From an uncultured virus (IMG/VR IMGVR_UViG_3300034061_005656) (taxonomy: Duplodnaviria; Heunggongvirae; Uroviricota; Caudoviricetes): 64,000 nucleotides of DNA. Each line of letters starts with the position of its first letter. Within the stretch, counting starts at the first letter, position 1. This document shows positions 1 to 12,000 of the stretch, piece after piece. The notes under the pieces are model-generated. The model made no database searches and was not told where the DNA came from. It worked only from the letters and a program-made list of their open reading frames with translations. The stretch is from the IMG/VR virus record IMGVR_UViG_3300034061_005656; one strand, written 5' to 3'. A program made the translations under genes and the position numbers.

Positions 1-127
1 ACGTCTACACGTCTACACGTCTACACGTCTACACGTCTACACGTCTACACGTCTACACGTCTACACGTCTACACGTCTACACGTCTACACGTCTACACGT
101 CTACACGTCTACACGTCTACACGTCTA
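1..127. repeat. Tandem 8-bp repeat (ACGTCTAC) x15 plus a partial copy, truncated by the window edge
   Basis: Read directly: positions 1-120 are 15 perfect ACGTCTAC units, followed by ACGTCTA. Confidence 0.97.
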
Positions 128-136
128 TGCCGGTTC

Positions 137-344
137 ATGCGGTAGGCAGCGGCGTATTTGTTAGCGGACCCATAGCGGTCATAGAACAAGACCTTCAGGT
201 TTTTTATACACGCCTAGGATAGTACCTAAACCTGTTAAACCAGCCTATGCGGTAGGTCTGGCAGGCAGGTAGCTAGAAATAGTTGTTTGAGGTCGTACGG
301 TGTAGTCGCAGTGTTGTTTGGTCGTGCGGGTAAGGGTCGTGCGG
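137..344. repeat. Dispersed short direct repeats in non-coding DNA
   Basis: ATGCGGTAGG at 137-146 and 247-256; GGTCGTRCGG at 291-300, 320-329 and 335-344. Confidence 0.7.
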
Positions 345-1048
345 TTAACACAAAACGTCTTGTCAATAACTGTCACACCTAATTCACGATTAACGACTTT
401 AACAACAATGTTTTTGCAATTTTTTTATTGTAACCTTCGTTACATTACGACTACTCTTCGATTTCGCTACTTTCATCACCTAGCGTAATTACAGACACTA
501 TTTTTTATTTTTTCGTCTACCAGGAGTAATTATTCTCCAATAACTCTATTACAACATGTCAACAATCAAATACTCATCATTATACAACATTTTTGACTTT
601 TTCTCAAAACCAGTGTCTAATCAAATTTCGCATTATAAAAACGACAACTAACACACGCCACACGCATCTCACACACAAAAATACATTTCACACGACCTGT
701 TACTTTACATCCTTTTTCTTTCATATAACTTCTCCAATTACTCATAGTCTTTACTGCGCTCACACGCCCTTACACACGCTCTCACAGCTACTCACACTTC
801 AACGCTCAATTTTGCAAACTCAGCGAAGAAAAAAAGTTGGAGACATTTCAAGAGTAGTCGAATATATACGTCTACCATCTCTTACGCCAAAACCACTTTA
901 CCTTAATGTACAACTTCTCCAGTTTGTACAAAGCCCTCTCCCTCTTCGCATTCTGCACGCTCATCTTCGTCTGCGTAGGCGCTCCGCGCCCGCGTAGAAG
1001 AAGCACCGTTCAAAGCTCATTTTTTCGCGCGTCGGTATTGAAAACGTT

Positions 1049-1057
1049 TGTTACAAT
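1049..1057 (+). promoter_or_regulatory. Extended -10 promoter element (TGT-TACAAT)
   Basis: TGn-TAnnnT just upstream of the first gene; the same pattern recurs at several gene boundaries. Confidence 0.5.
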
Positions 1058-1090
1058 AAGAAAGGATCAGCGTTGAAAGTAGGTATGTGC

Positions 1091-1433
1091 ATGTCCAAGG
1101 CTGTGTTCAATATGAATGTCGATCAAGGTATGACGTACTCGCGCCGGTTCGTATGGAAGATCAATAGCAACCCGGTGAATTTAACGTCTTACACGGCGTC
1201 GCTGATTATCGGTACTACATCAGGATACCAACGCGGCCTAACTTTGACTTCAGCCGCCAGCGGCGGTATTGTGCTTGGCACAAGTGACGGCTCAATTACT
1301 GTCACACTTACGCCCGCGCAGACTGCGAATCTTCGTGCTGGGTCACATAACTACGCGCTCGAGTTAACATCTCCAGCCGGCGTGAAAACCCGTATTCTAC
1401 GCGGAACACTAATTAACTCACCGAGGGTTCCAA

Positions 1434-1450
<17 letters not shown>
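1091..1450 (+). CDS. Small virion structural protein, probable partner of the collagen fibre
   Basis: '[43 protein letters not shown]' resembles small beta-sandwich proteins that precede phage fibre genes; ATG 1091 preferred over TTG 1073; overlaps the next gene. Confidence 0.65.
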
Positions 1451-3509
<2,059 letters not shown>

Positions 3510-3544
3510 AACAGAGCACAGGTACGCTAATATCCTTTGTACAA

Positions 3545-3553
3545 TGATACAAT
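3545..3553 (+). promoter_or_regulatory. Extended -10 (TGA-TACAAT) 6 nt before ATG 3560, probable leaderless transcript
   Basis: Spacing places the transcription start at the ATG; no Shine-Dalgarno visible. Confidence 0.55.
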
Positions 3554-3559
3554 ATAAGT

Positions 3560-4126
3560 ATGAAGCAAAGGTTACCCGAGTACGAAAGCGCGTATCTCAA
3601 CTCTTTGCCGCAGCATCTTATTCGTGACCGCGTTCGTGACCTATGCGCAGACGGCTGGTCCCTTGCAGCAATCGCAGAAGCGTTTGACCCACCTAAGTCT
3701 CGCTCCAGCATTCGCGCCTGGTCCATCTCAAAAAGCCCTCGCACCACACACACTCACCCTTCTCTACCTCCCTCTCCTTTTTCTCCCTCTTCGTCTTCAG
3801 ATAAACAAATACCTGCCCGCGAAAAAAGTAGCGTTTCTGCCCCCGCCCATGCTCCTACTCCCGCGCCCAAAGTAAAGATTCGTCGCCGAGTATATGACCC
3901 AACGCAGCCAAAGATTTCTCCTGCGCAGAAAAAGAAAATCGCCCGTCTTGCTCCTCTTGCTCGAAGACACAGAGCGCGCACCGGGGCGAACAACACATAT
4001 ACTCGAGCAAACAGAGAACTAACTGATGTTTGCAAAAGCCTTTATTATTCAGGTGCATCTGTTCGCGAGTTATCGCTTGCCGCAGGAGTAACATATCGCG
4101 CAATGGCACGAAGACTAGGAAGATAG
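3560..4126 (+). CDS. DNA-binding protein with two helix-turn-helix-like motifs
   Basis: 'GWSLAAIAEAF..KSRSSIRAW' and 'GASVRELSLAAGVTYRAMARRL', joined by a Pro/Ser-rich linker. Confidence 0.7.
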   Translation: MKQRLPEYESAYLNSLPQHLIRDRVRDLCADGWSLAAIAEAFDPPKSRSSIRAWSISKSPRTTHTHPSLPPSPFSPSSSSDKQIPAREKSSVSAPAHAPTPAPKVKIRRRVYDPTQPKISPAQKKKIARLAPLARRHRARTGANNTYTRANRELTDVCKSLYYSGASVRELSLAAGVTYRAMARRLGR

Positions 4127-4128
4127 CA

Positions 4129-4515
4129 ATGAAAATACTTTATGATGTATACCCCGCGAAAGCGCTGGTAACTCCACCAAAAAGGGACTTCGATACATAC
4201 GAGTTTTCAACAATGCATCTTACAACAGAGATCCGTGACTCGAGACGCGTAAATGACGTACGAGTTGTCATCACAGAAGAAACCGTAATGATAGCCGCCG
4301 AGTCATCATCCGGGCCCGTTTTGATCTTTCAAGAAAAGTACAACTCAGAAGATATAGTTTTAAGTAAGAATAAAAAAGACATTTCCCGTATTCGCACGCT
4401 CAGCGGGAAATCCATAGTTTTCTCACACGATGAAGCCAGCTGCGGCTGCGGAGGGCGACTTCGTGGGTGGAATCCATACCGTATCGTGCACTCAACAAAG
4501 GACCCAACAGAATGA
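4129..4515 (+). CDS. Hypothetical phage protein with C-terminal CGCG motif
   Basis: ATG 4129 directly follows the previous stop; 'SCGCGGRLRGWNP'. Confidence 0.65.
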   Translation: MKILYDVYPAKALVTPPKRDFDTYEFSTMHLTTEIRDSRRVNDVRVVITEETVMIAAESSSGPVLIFQEKYNSEDIVLSKNKKDISRIRTLSGKSIVFSHDEASCGCGGRLRGWNPYRIVHSTKDPTE

Positions 4516-4799
4516 CAATTAACGTTATTGACTACTTTATTCTCGCGCTTGCTACGTACCGTTTGACTAGGCTTGTCACAACTGACACCGTCTTTGAACG
4601 TGCGCGAGAAGCGGTCTGGAAGAAGTTTCCGCCACATAAAGGCGGAATTGGCTACTTAATCACCTGCAACTGGTGCGCAAGCATTTGGGTGGCATCATTG
4701 GTTTTTAGTATGTATAAAATAAGTACCGAGCCAGTAATCTTCGTGAGCACAATCTTGTCGCTCTCGGCGTTTGCTGGATTCCTTAGCCGCGCTGGGTAA
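4512..4799 (+). CDS. DUF1360-like small membrane protein
   Basis: 'LATYRLTRLVTTDTVFERAR...GYLITCNWCASIW' pattern; ATGA overlap with the previous gene. Confidence 0.75.
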   Translation: MTINVIDYFILALATYRLTRLVTTDTVFERAREAVWKKFPPHKGGIGYLITCNWCASIWVASLVFSMYKISTEPVIFVSTILSLSAFAGFLSRAG

Positions 4800-4864
4800 T
4801 TACTAATGAATAGTACAATTAGTAAGTTGCTCAGTTCCGTTATCAAAGACACTAGGAGAATGTA

Positions 4865-6628
4865 GTGGGCGTATTCCGCCGAGAACAAGTACCACCGACA
4901 CGGAGAACGGCTACACCGCCGTCGCGTGTTGTACAGCAGGTTTTGCCTGCTGGATTCACATTTGCGGAATCAGCGCCATTTTCTGCTCCTCGTGCTTTGA
5001 CCGCGGCGGCAGCTCAGGTTCGCATGAACGACAAGGGCGAAGCTGAGTATTTTAAGAATCGTAGACAGTCAACTTCCTCTGCATGGCAGGGAGAAGCTTG
5101 GGAGTACTACGATGCGATTGGCGAAGTTAAGTATGCGTTTAACCTCGTAGCTTCTATAGTTTCGCGTATTCGTTTATATGCAGCAGTTATTGATAACCCG
5201 GCTGAAACCCCCGTGCCTGTGCGTAATGCAAGCAACATTGATGCACGGCTTGGAGCGGCCGCAGAAAGGGCTCTATCACGTCTTGATTCTGCCTATGGCG
5301 GTCAGGCTGGTTTATTACGAGATGCCGCTCTAAACCTCTCAGTAACAGGTGAGTGTTATCTAGTGCAGATGCCAGCCCGTATTGGTTCTGGTATCCCAGA
5401 ATCATGGGACGTTCGCTCTGTAGACGAAGTTCAAATTGACAGCAAAAACAAATACGGCATTGTTGCTCGAAGAGACTACCTGCCCGGGCAAAACGCCGGA
5501 GCATCAAGCAGTAGCAAAGTTAACAAAGGTATTATTCCTCTACCAGACAACGCTTTTGTTGGTCGTATCTGGCGTGCTCATCCAAGATTTTCTGACGAAG
5601 CGGATTCGTCCCTGCGCGGTCTTTTAGATCTTTGCGCAGAACTTCTTTTGCTAAACCGCACATTCCGTGCAACGGCGCGTTCCCGTCTGAACGCTGGCGC
5701 GCTCTATCTTCCTGATGGTCTTAGCGTTGCGGCGTCTCCAGATCCGAACTATCCGTACGATGATGAAACAGATCTTGACCCCGGGTTTACACCAGAGGAA
5801 GCTGCAGATGAGTTCGAGGACGCGCTCATTGATGCGATGACAACTCCAATTCGCGATGAAGACTCTGCTAGTGCTGTTGTTCCTTTGATTATTCGCGGAC
5901 CTGCTGAGCTTGGTGACAAAATCAAGCAGTTCAAATTTGAGCGTTCATTTGACCCGGCACTTGCTGCTCGGTCTGATCGTGTGCTTGAAAGAATTTTGCA
6001 AGGTTTGGATGTCCCAAAAGATGTTGTTACTGGTCTTGCGAATGTTAAATACAGCAATGCAATGCAAATCGACGAGTCACTATACAAGTCGCACATTGAG
6101 CCATTAATGCTGCTTATTGCAGACGCGCTTACAATTGTGTACTTGCGTCCGTATCTCATTGCAAACGGTTTTCCCGAGGCTGAAGTTGATCGTGTCGTTA
6201 TTTGGTACGATCCGTCAGCAGTTGCTACTCGCAATGACAAAGCTGCAGACGCTGAGTCTGGCTTTCAGAAAATGGCAGTTAGCTTTGACACGTGGCGACG
6301 AATTCACGGATTTAGCGACGCTGATGCGCCAAGCCCAGAAGAAGTTGCACTTCGTATGATTATTGAAAAAGGCGCAATTACTCCAGAACTTACAGAAGCA
6401 GTCATTGGTGCAATTGCTCCAGACCTTATGGCGTCTACAAGAAACGCACAACAAGCAAATAGCGTAGCGCCAATGCCCCCAGAACTTCAGCAAATGCTTC
6501 AAGGCGGTCCTCCTGGAATGCCGCCGATGGCACAACCTGCTGGAGAATCAGAACCTGCCTCTGCGCCAACTGGATTGCTTGAGCCAGCAACAGAAGAAAC
6601 AGCGCCACCAGCGCCGACCGAACAGTAA
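4865..6628 (+). CDS. Portal protein (actinophage cluster-B-like)
   Basis: 587 aa, GGAG RBS; 'AWEYYDAIGEVKY..SRIRLY', 'RIWRAHPRFSDEADS', 'LQGLDVPKDVVTG'; sits at the start of the head module. Confidence 0.85.
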   Translation: MGVFRREQVPPTRRTATPPSRVVQQVLPAGFTFAESAPFSAPRALTAAAAQVRMNDKGEAEYFKNRRQSTSSAWQGEAWEYYDAIGEVKYAFNLVASIVSRIRLYAAVIDNPAETPVPVRNASNIDARLGAAAERALSRLDSAYGGQAGLLRDAALNLSVTGECYLVQMPARIGSGIPESWDVRSVDEVQIDSKNKYGIVARRDYLPGQNAGASSSSKVNKGIIPLPDNAFVGRIWRAHPRFSDEADSSLRGLLDLCAELLLLNRTFRATARSRLNAGALYLPDGLSVAASPDPNYPYDDETDLDPGFTPEEAADEFEDALIDAMTTPIRDEDSASAVVPLIIRGPAELGDKIKQFKFERSFDPALAARSDRVLERILQGLDVPKDVVTGLANVKYSNAMQIDESLYKSHIEPLMLLIADALTIVYLRPYLIANGFPEAEVDRVVIWYDPSAVATRNDKAADAESGFQKMAVSFDTWRRIHGFSDADAPSPEEVALRMIIEKGAITPELTEAVIGAIAPDLMASTRNAQQANSVAPMPPELQQMLQGGPPGMPPMAQPAGESEPASAPTGLLEPATEETAPPAPTEQ

Positions 6629-6637
6629 GGATAACTT

Positions 6638-7135
6638 ATGTACAAAGAAGAAATAAACCCAATCGGATACGGTGTTGGTGACCCAGCTGTCGCTGAATCG
6701 CTTGCAGAGTGTCTCGGCAACGCAGTAGTTCTTGCTTTTAAAGCTCAAGGACATCACTGGAATGTTATGGGCCCAGACTTTACTCAATACCACGAGTTCT
6801 TTGGCGAAATTTACAGTGATGTGTACGGATCAATTGACCCACTTGCAGAAAATCTTCGCAAGCTCAGTGCTCTTGCTCCATACCGTTTGGCAGAATTTGC
6901 CGCGTTGACAAGTATTGAAGACATGGAATGCGGTTGTAATCCAATGAGCATGTGCCACGATCTTTTTGCTGCAAACGAAATAATGCTTGACTGCCTTAAA
7001 GAAAGTTTTGCAGCAGCCGATGCGGCAAACCAACAAGGCATTGCTGATTTTATTGCAGGGCGAATTGATATGCATCATAAGTGGGCATGGATGCTTCGCG
7101 CGCATCTTACCCCCGTCGACTCAATGTTTCATTAA
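6638..7135 (+). CDS. dps: Dps / ferritin-like protein
   Basis: 'HHWNVMGPDFTQYHEFFGEIY', 'IDPLAENLRKL' and 'HKWAWMLRA' Dps signature segments. Confidence 0.9.
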   Translation: MYKEEINPIGYGVGDPAVAESLAECLGNAVVLAFKAQGHHWNVMGPDFTQYHEFFGEIYSDVYGSIDPLAENLRKLSALAPYRLAEFAALTSIEDMECGCNPMSMCHDLFAANEIMLDCLKESFAAADAANQQGIADFIAGRIDMHHKWAWMLRAHLTPVDSMFH

Positions 7136-7162
7136 TTAAATTTTAGGTTTTAGGTAGGCATT

Positions 7163-8206
7163 ATGTTAAAGAAAACGCGAGCGCAAAGAGAAGTAGAGAC
7201 TATGCTTGCTTCTGCCATTGTTCCTGAAGAACAAGAGCTTGCCGATGCCTTAGTTGCTATTGCAAAAAAGTACGGCAAGTTTAACGATGATGATACCGGC
7301 GTTTGGGTTGGCTACGAGCCACCCGAACAAAATGAAAATAAAGATATTGGCGTTAAATGCGAAAACTGCATTCTTTACGCCGGCGGGACTATTTGCAAAA
7401 TTATTTATGATGAAGTTGAACCAGAAGGTTATTGCCGTTTTGCTTTAATCCCTGACGGCATTGTTACTTCTGCAATTAAAGTAAAAAGAAAAGAAGAAGC
7501 TGCAAAGCCTGTCGAAGCTCAAGAAGAAGTTCAGCGCCAACCAGATGCAGTTGCTGCCGCGGCTTCTCGTAGAGCTCCGAAAAAAGATCGCATCTACGGC
7601 TCAAAGAAAAACAAACCAGGTTCTGCCGCCGGCGGAAAAAAGATTGTTTTTTCAAAAAAAGTAGAAACAGCGCTCAAAAATAAAGTTAAAGAGCATAATG
7701 AAAAAGCACCGGCTGGCCGTAAAGCAACTTTAGGTCAGCTAAAGGCTGTGTATCGTCGCGGCTCTGGCGCGTTTTCAAGCTCGCACCGTCCCGGCAAAAC
7801 TCGTGACCAATGGGCAATGGCTCGCGTTAATGCGTACCTCAAGCTTCTTAAGTCCGGACGACCAACAAATCCAAACTATAAGCAAGACAATGATCTTCTT
7901 CCAAAAGCACATCCAAAGTCAACAAACTCAGCAGAGTCAATGACAGCGTCCGCTCTGGCAGATAGTGAACTAATCATCGCGCTGAAAGAAGAGAACGATT
8001 ACCAATCGCCCGAACACGCAATCGTAGCGTTTGCAGAATACAGCGGTCTTGGCTATGAAACAGTTCCGGCTTTCCGTGCCGCATGGATGCGTGGCGTAGA
8101 CAACCGAGAAGATCCTTTTGAGCGTGCAAAATCTCTTGCAATAAATCTCTATAAAAACGACAAAGATACTGATCTTCTTCCTCGTAAAAAGGCGTCAGAC
8201 GCGTGA
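7163..8206 (+). CDS. Multi-module head-associated protein (HiPIP-like 4-Cys domain plus basic 'DLLPxxHP' domain)
   Basis: 'KCENCILY....CKII..EVEPEGYCRF'; 'LKAVYRRGSGAF...QWAMARVNAYL...DNDLLPKAHP'. Confidence 0.7.
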   Translation: MLKKTRAQREVETMLASAIVPEEQELADALVAIAKKYGKFNDDDTGVWVGYEPPEQNENKDIGVKCENCILYAGGTICKIIYDEVEPEGYCRFALIPDGIVTSAIKVKRKEEAAKPVEAQEEVQRQPDAVAAAASRRAPKKDRIYGSKKNKPGSAAGGKKIVFSKKVETALKNKVKEHNEKAPAGRKATLGQLKAVYRRGSGAFSSSHRPGKTRDQWAMARVNAYLKLLKSGRPTNPNYKQDNDLLPKAHPKSTNSAESMTASALADSELIIALKEENDYQSPEHAIVAFAEYSGLGYETVPAFRAAWMRGVDNREDPFERAKSLAINLYKNDKDTDLLPRKKASDA

Positions 8207-8454
8207 AAGAAAAACTAATAGCAATACGCGGAAATGACAAACTTTTTTACACGCACGACACGTCAAATGAAAGCTTTACCAAAAGAATGGGTTATATTTC
8301 TAAAAGTAACTCGAAGGCAAAACTAGAGGTTGATGTTGACATCGCGCTTTCTCATGGGTACTGGGAGCCAGCGCCAGAAGTAGAAAGAAAAGCCGAAGGC
8401 AAGTCTACCGCAGTAGCTAACTCACGTAAATTTGTTGAAAAAGCAGAAAGCTAA
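8203..8454 (+). CDS. Hypothetical protein (83 aa)
   Basis: GTGA overlap with the upstream stop; fills the gap in the operon. Confidence 0.65.
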   Translation: MKEKLIAIRGNDKLFYTHDTSNESFTKRMGYISKSNSKAKLEVDVDIALSHGYWEPAPEVERKAEGKSTAVANSRKFVEKAES

Positions 8455-8460
8455 ACGGAC

Positions 8461-9009
8461 ATGAAGAAAAAGAAAATTACGAGAAAAACGTTTACAAAGC
8501 AGCATACTCAGCAACTTCGTTCTGAAATTCTTGCTTTACTAGAGCGGTCAAATCTTTACCTACAGGCAGAGCGCCGTGTACCGTTTGCTACCGCAATTGA
8601 AGTAGCAAACCGCGACTTGCGTAAAACACGTGATAGCGAGCCAAGCGCACGTATTTTTTCTGCAATTAAAGCAGTATCTTCGTACATGTCATTAGCGTCT
8701 CGCAATAAAGAGTCAACGATGGCGCTGAGCAACGCAGATCTTTTGCCTGTCGGTCACCCCAACTCTGCTCGCCCGCACGCGATGACAGCATCTGCACTAC
8801 GTCACGCTCAAGCGCAGTGGACAGCCGCCGATCCTTTAGTTGACCCATCTGCGCGTGAACTTGTCATTCGCGCCCACACGGCAACGCCTGGTTCAACTGA
8901 GCGCGCTCATGCGTTTGCTCGTTTGTCCGCCCTTGGCCCTAGTGCCGCGCCTTTAACAGCATCTGTTGACCCGATTCAATACGAAGACGATAACTACCCA
9001 AAAGAGTAG
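8461..9009 (+). CDS. 182-aa head-associated protein; short product of a predicted -1 frameshift gene
   Basis: 'NADLLPVGHP' is paralogous to the 347-aa protein motif; the ORF ends at the slippery site TAC CCA AAA GAG TAG. Confidence 0.75.
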   Translation: MKKKKITRKTFTKQHTQQLRSEILALLERSNLYLQAERRVPFATAIEVANRDLRKTRDSEPSARIFSAIKAVSSYMSLASRNKESTMALSNADLLPVGHPNSARPHAMTASALRHAQAQWTAADPLVDPSARELVIRAHTATPGSTERAHAFARLSALGPSAAPLTASVDPIQYEDDNYPKE

Positions 9010-9026
9010 CGGCTCGCAAGGGCCGC
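8997..9026 (+). promoter_or_regulatory. Predicted -1 programmed ribosomal frameshift signal
   Basis: In-frame X XXY YYZ heptamer C CCA AAA (8997-9003), 5-nt spacer, hairpin GCGGCTC-GCAA-GGGCCGC (9009-9026); the -1 frame is open into the 1591-aa ORF. Confidence 0.8.
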
Positions 9027-9074
9027 GTCCTTCGTCCACACATAGCTTCAGGCAATAGCCGCGCAGAAAAATCG

Positions 9075-12000
9075 TTGCGCGCTCGCATGCAGCGCCGCGA
9101 TCGTCTCGGACGATTTGCAGAAATGGGTGGAGGATTTTCTTTTAACTTTAAACTTTCTTCCGGTGGCCGCGTTTCAGCAGCCGGGAGAGTTGTTGGGCAG
9201 TCTGGTGAAGACTTAATTGAAGTTGAAATGCGTGGCGTTGCAGGAGTGCCTGATGGTATTTATTCTGCGCCATCACAAAAAGGCACTGCTGCAAAAGCTA
9301 TTCTTAATCTTGAAGGTACCAACGTAAAAACTGGAAATATTAAAAAAAGTATTGCAAAAGAAGACGAAATTGATATCAGTACTGTACAAGTAGCAGCCCA
9401 ACCCAGCGGGTGGACTCCGAGAAATACTGCGGACGGTGAACCTAAGGAATGGTCTTCTGAAGACGGTTTAGTTGTTCGCCAATTTGCTGACTCGTATGTA
9501 GCGTATGACACCGATAGCGCAGGCAATCCTGCAAATGAAATTGTTCGTGGCGAGTCGTGGGCGGACATTCAAAAAGCAACTGCTGATTACGAAAAAAGAG
9601 ATACACCGGCACCAGCTGCTAGCCAAGACACCAACGCTCGCAGTTCTGACAGGGCAACGTCTACGCAACTTCAGCCGACAGACAGTCTTAAAGAAGCAAA
9701 AGCTACTGGTCGTCCACTGTCTATTTTGCGTCCAGGAACAATGCCTAAAAGAACGCAAGCGGCTTATGATTCTATTGTCCAGAGCACAGACGGCGGGTAT
9801 AAGAAAGCCCGTGAGTTACTACAAAAACATAAAGAGCTTTTTGACAGAGTAAAAGAAAAAGAGGCCAGTAAAGGCACGTATACTTCTGAAGAAAATGCAA
9901 TTCTTAATGAATTCAATGACTCGCTAATTGTTACTGAGTCTCAGTGGAACGAGTTAAGTGAGGCCATAAAAGAAGACTACACGGCTGCCAAGGATGGCGA
10001 AGAGTCAGCGTTTACAGAACAAGAAGTGGCAGATATTGTTGAAGCTATCACACGACCATTAGACTACCGACACAAATTGGTGGTAAATAACGCTCGTGCA
10101 ATTAAAGACGGCGGACAAGATATTTATAGCGATGAACTAAGACTTCAAAACTCTGCAGAAGTACTTGAAAAAGCAGATATTGCTATTGCTTTTCCTCTGG
10201 AGGTTCTTGAAAAACTAATAACTGATGGAAGATTTAAGACACAGTTTGAAACAAACACTTCTGGCGGTACACTGTACACTCAAGGGAGAATGCAAGGTGA
10301 TATAGCTCAGTTTGGCTATCATCCGCGCAATGCGCCAGAAACACGTCCAGTCTACGGCTACCTGACTAAAGGTGGAGTTATAGACGATGAAAACTTTGAT
10401 GCAGTTCAAATGTACGGAGAGTTGCAATTTGTTCTTAAAAAAGATGCGCATTCACGTGCAACATACACGACACAGAACAGTCTTGGCTCCGGCTTAGTGC
10501 CGTCACCAATGGGTGTACCCAGCAAGGACGCGTCTGGAGCAGTCGGAAACCCAATGGCAATTTACGCAGAAGCACAAGTACACGGTGGAGTTAGTCTTAG
10601 TGACGTTGACTATGTCGTAGTTAATGTTGGGGAACGGCAACCATGGGCGACACATAAAGTTTCAGAAGAACAATTTGAGTCAATTAGTAAAATGCTTGAA
10701 AGTGTTGGCATACGTGTAGTCCCAGTTAGAGACGGCGAAGTTGTTAATACATGGGATGGCGGTAAGATTGTGTCAGGGCCCAAGACGCAGTCTGCAGAAA
10801 AAGAAAAAACAGCAAAAAGTTCTAAAGAAATACTTGATGAAGCTTCTGCTCTTGGAATTAAATGGCAAGGCAAGACTGTTGGAACATCAAAAGAAGAAAT
10901 TGACCGGCAAATAAATTCATCTGTAAAAACATTAAGAAAGAGTAAAGAGTTAGGACTAACTGATATTCCGGAACTTTCTGACAATATAAAGAAAATATTT
11001 AATGACTACGCTGACGGAAAAATAAGTCTAAAAGGAATGCGCGAAGCAATTCTCTTTACTGACCCCAAAGATGAAGGGTTAAGGCAGTGGGCGTTTGGAA
11101 ATCGGCAGCTCCCAATCGGTTGGAGAGTTGCTGCAGCAAAAGAAATTGCTTTGTCACAAAATGATACAGAGCTTGTAAAAAAAATTGACGATTTCATTAA
11201 GTTTATGGGAGACATAGACAATGCTTCCGATGAAAAACTTGAAGAACTTATTAGAAAAGCAAGCGTTGATTTTGGTAAAAACATGGGAAGCCCTATTATT
11301 CAGACTCCGGATGTGAAAAGAATAATCAGGGGAGCTGGTGGAGTGACAGTCCACGATAGCGACGAAAGAAAGTTAGACAATCTTTCTGGAACAACGTCGA
11401 TGGGCGACAGTATTACGATTACTGCTCGTAGAAAAGTGGAGACAATGTATGGCCTACCATTCACCGGGGAAAACACACCTGAAGATAAAGCAATAACAGC
11501 AATGAGGCCTATTTCTGGCCACTCTCTTCCAAAAGACTCTTATCTTGCAAGAGAGAAGAGAATGAAAAAAATATATGGTGAAGACTTTGTAACCATGTAT
11601 GACTTCCCCATCGGTTCCGACGTTGCAGATTTGTCACAAACAGCAAAATACGGCAGAAGCCATATCGTACTGAGTGACGCGGTAAACGAAAGAACAAAGG
11701 TAGTCAATGGCGACGCGGTAACAAGATTCGGTTCATCTGGCGCAGCTGTTGCCGACTTGGAATCAATCGATGAAGCAGGAATTGCATATGCAGACCCAAT
11801 TGGAATGCTCTTTTCGTCGATGACAGGCGATTCGGGTGCCTCCATAGCTGGGCCTCTTGACCCGTCATTTAAGTATAACGACAAATATAACGAAACGGCG
11901 ACCCTCGGAACATTTGACCCGAGCGAAGTGAGGGCAGTGTACATTGCAGACATTGGTCAAACAAGAAGAGAAATAGGCGATGTTCCGCAGGGAATGAATC

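Noticed and set aside
1..127. Possible CRISPR array
   Set aside because: Contiguous 8-bp units with no spacers; no cas operon (the Cas4-like nuclease sits in a recombination module)
593..997. 134-aa ORF in the left-end region
   Set aside because: TTG start without RBS and low-complexity His/Thr/Leu composition that mirrors the G-poor strand bias; likely spurious
6013..6020. A third in-frame C CCA AAA G, inside the portal gene
   Set aside because: No GC hairpin follows and it lies in the conserved-looking portal core. It shows the heptamer alone can arise from Pro-Lys codons, so only the two hairpin-associated sites are proposed
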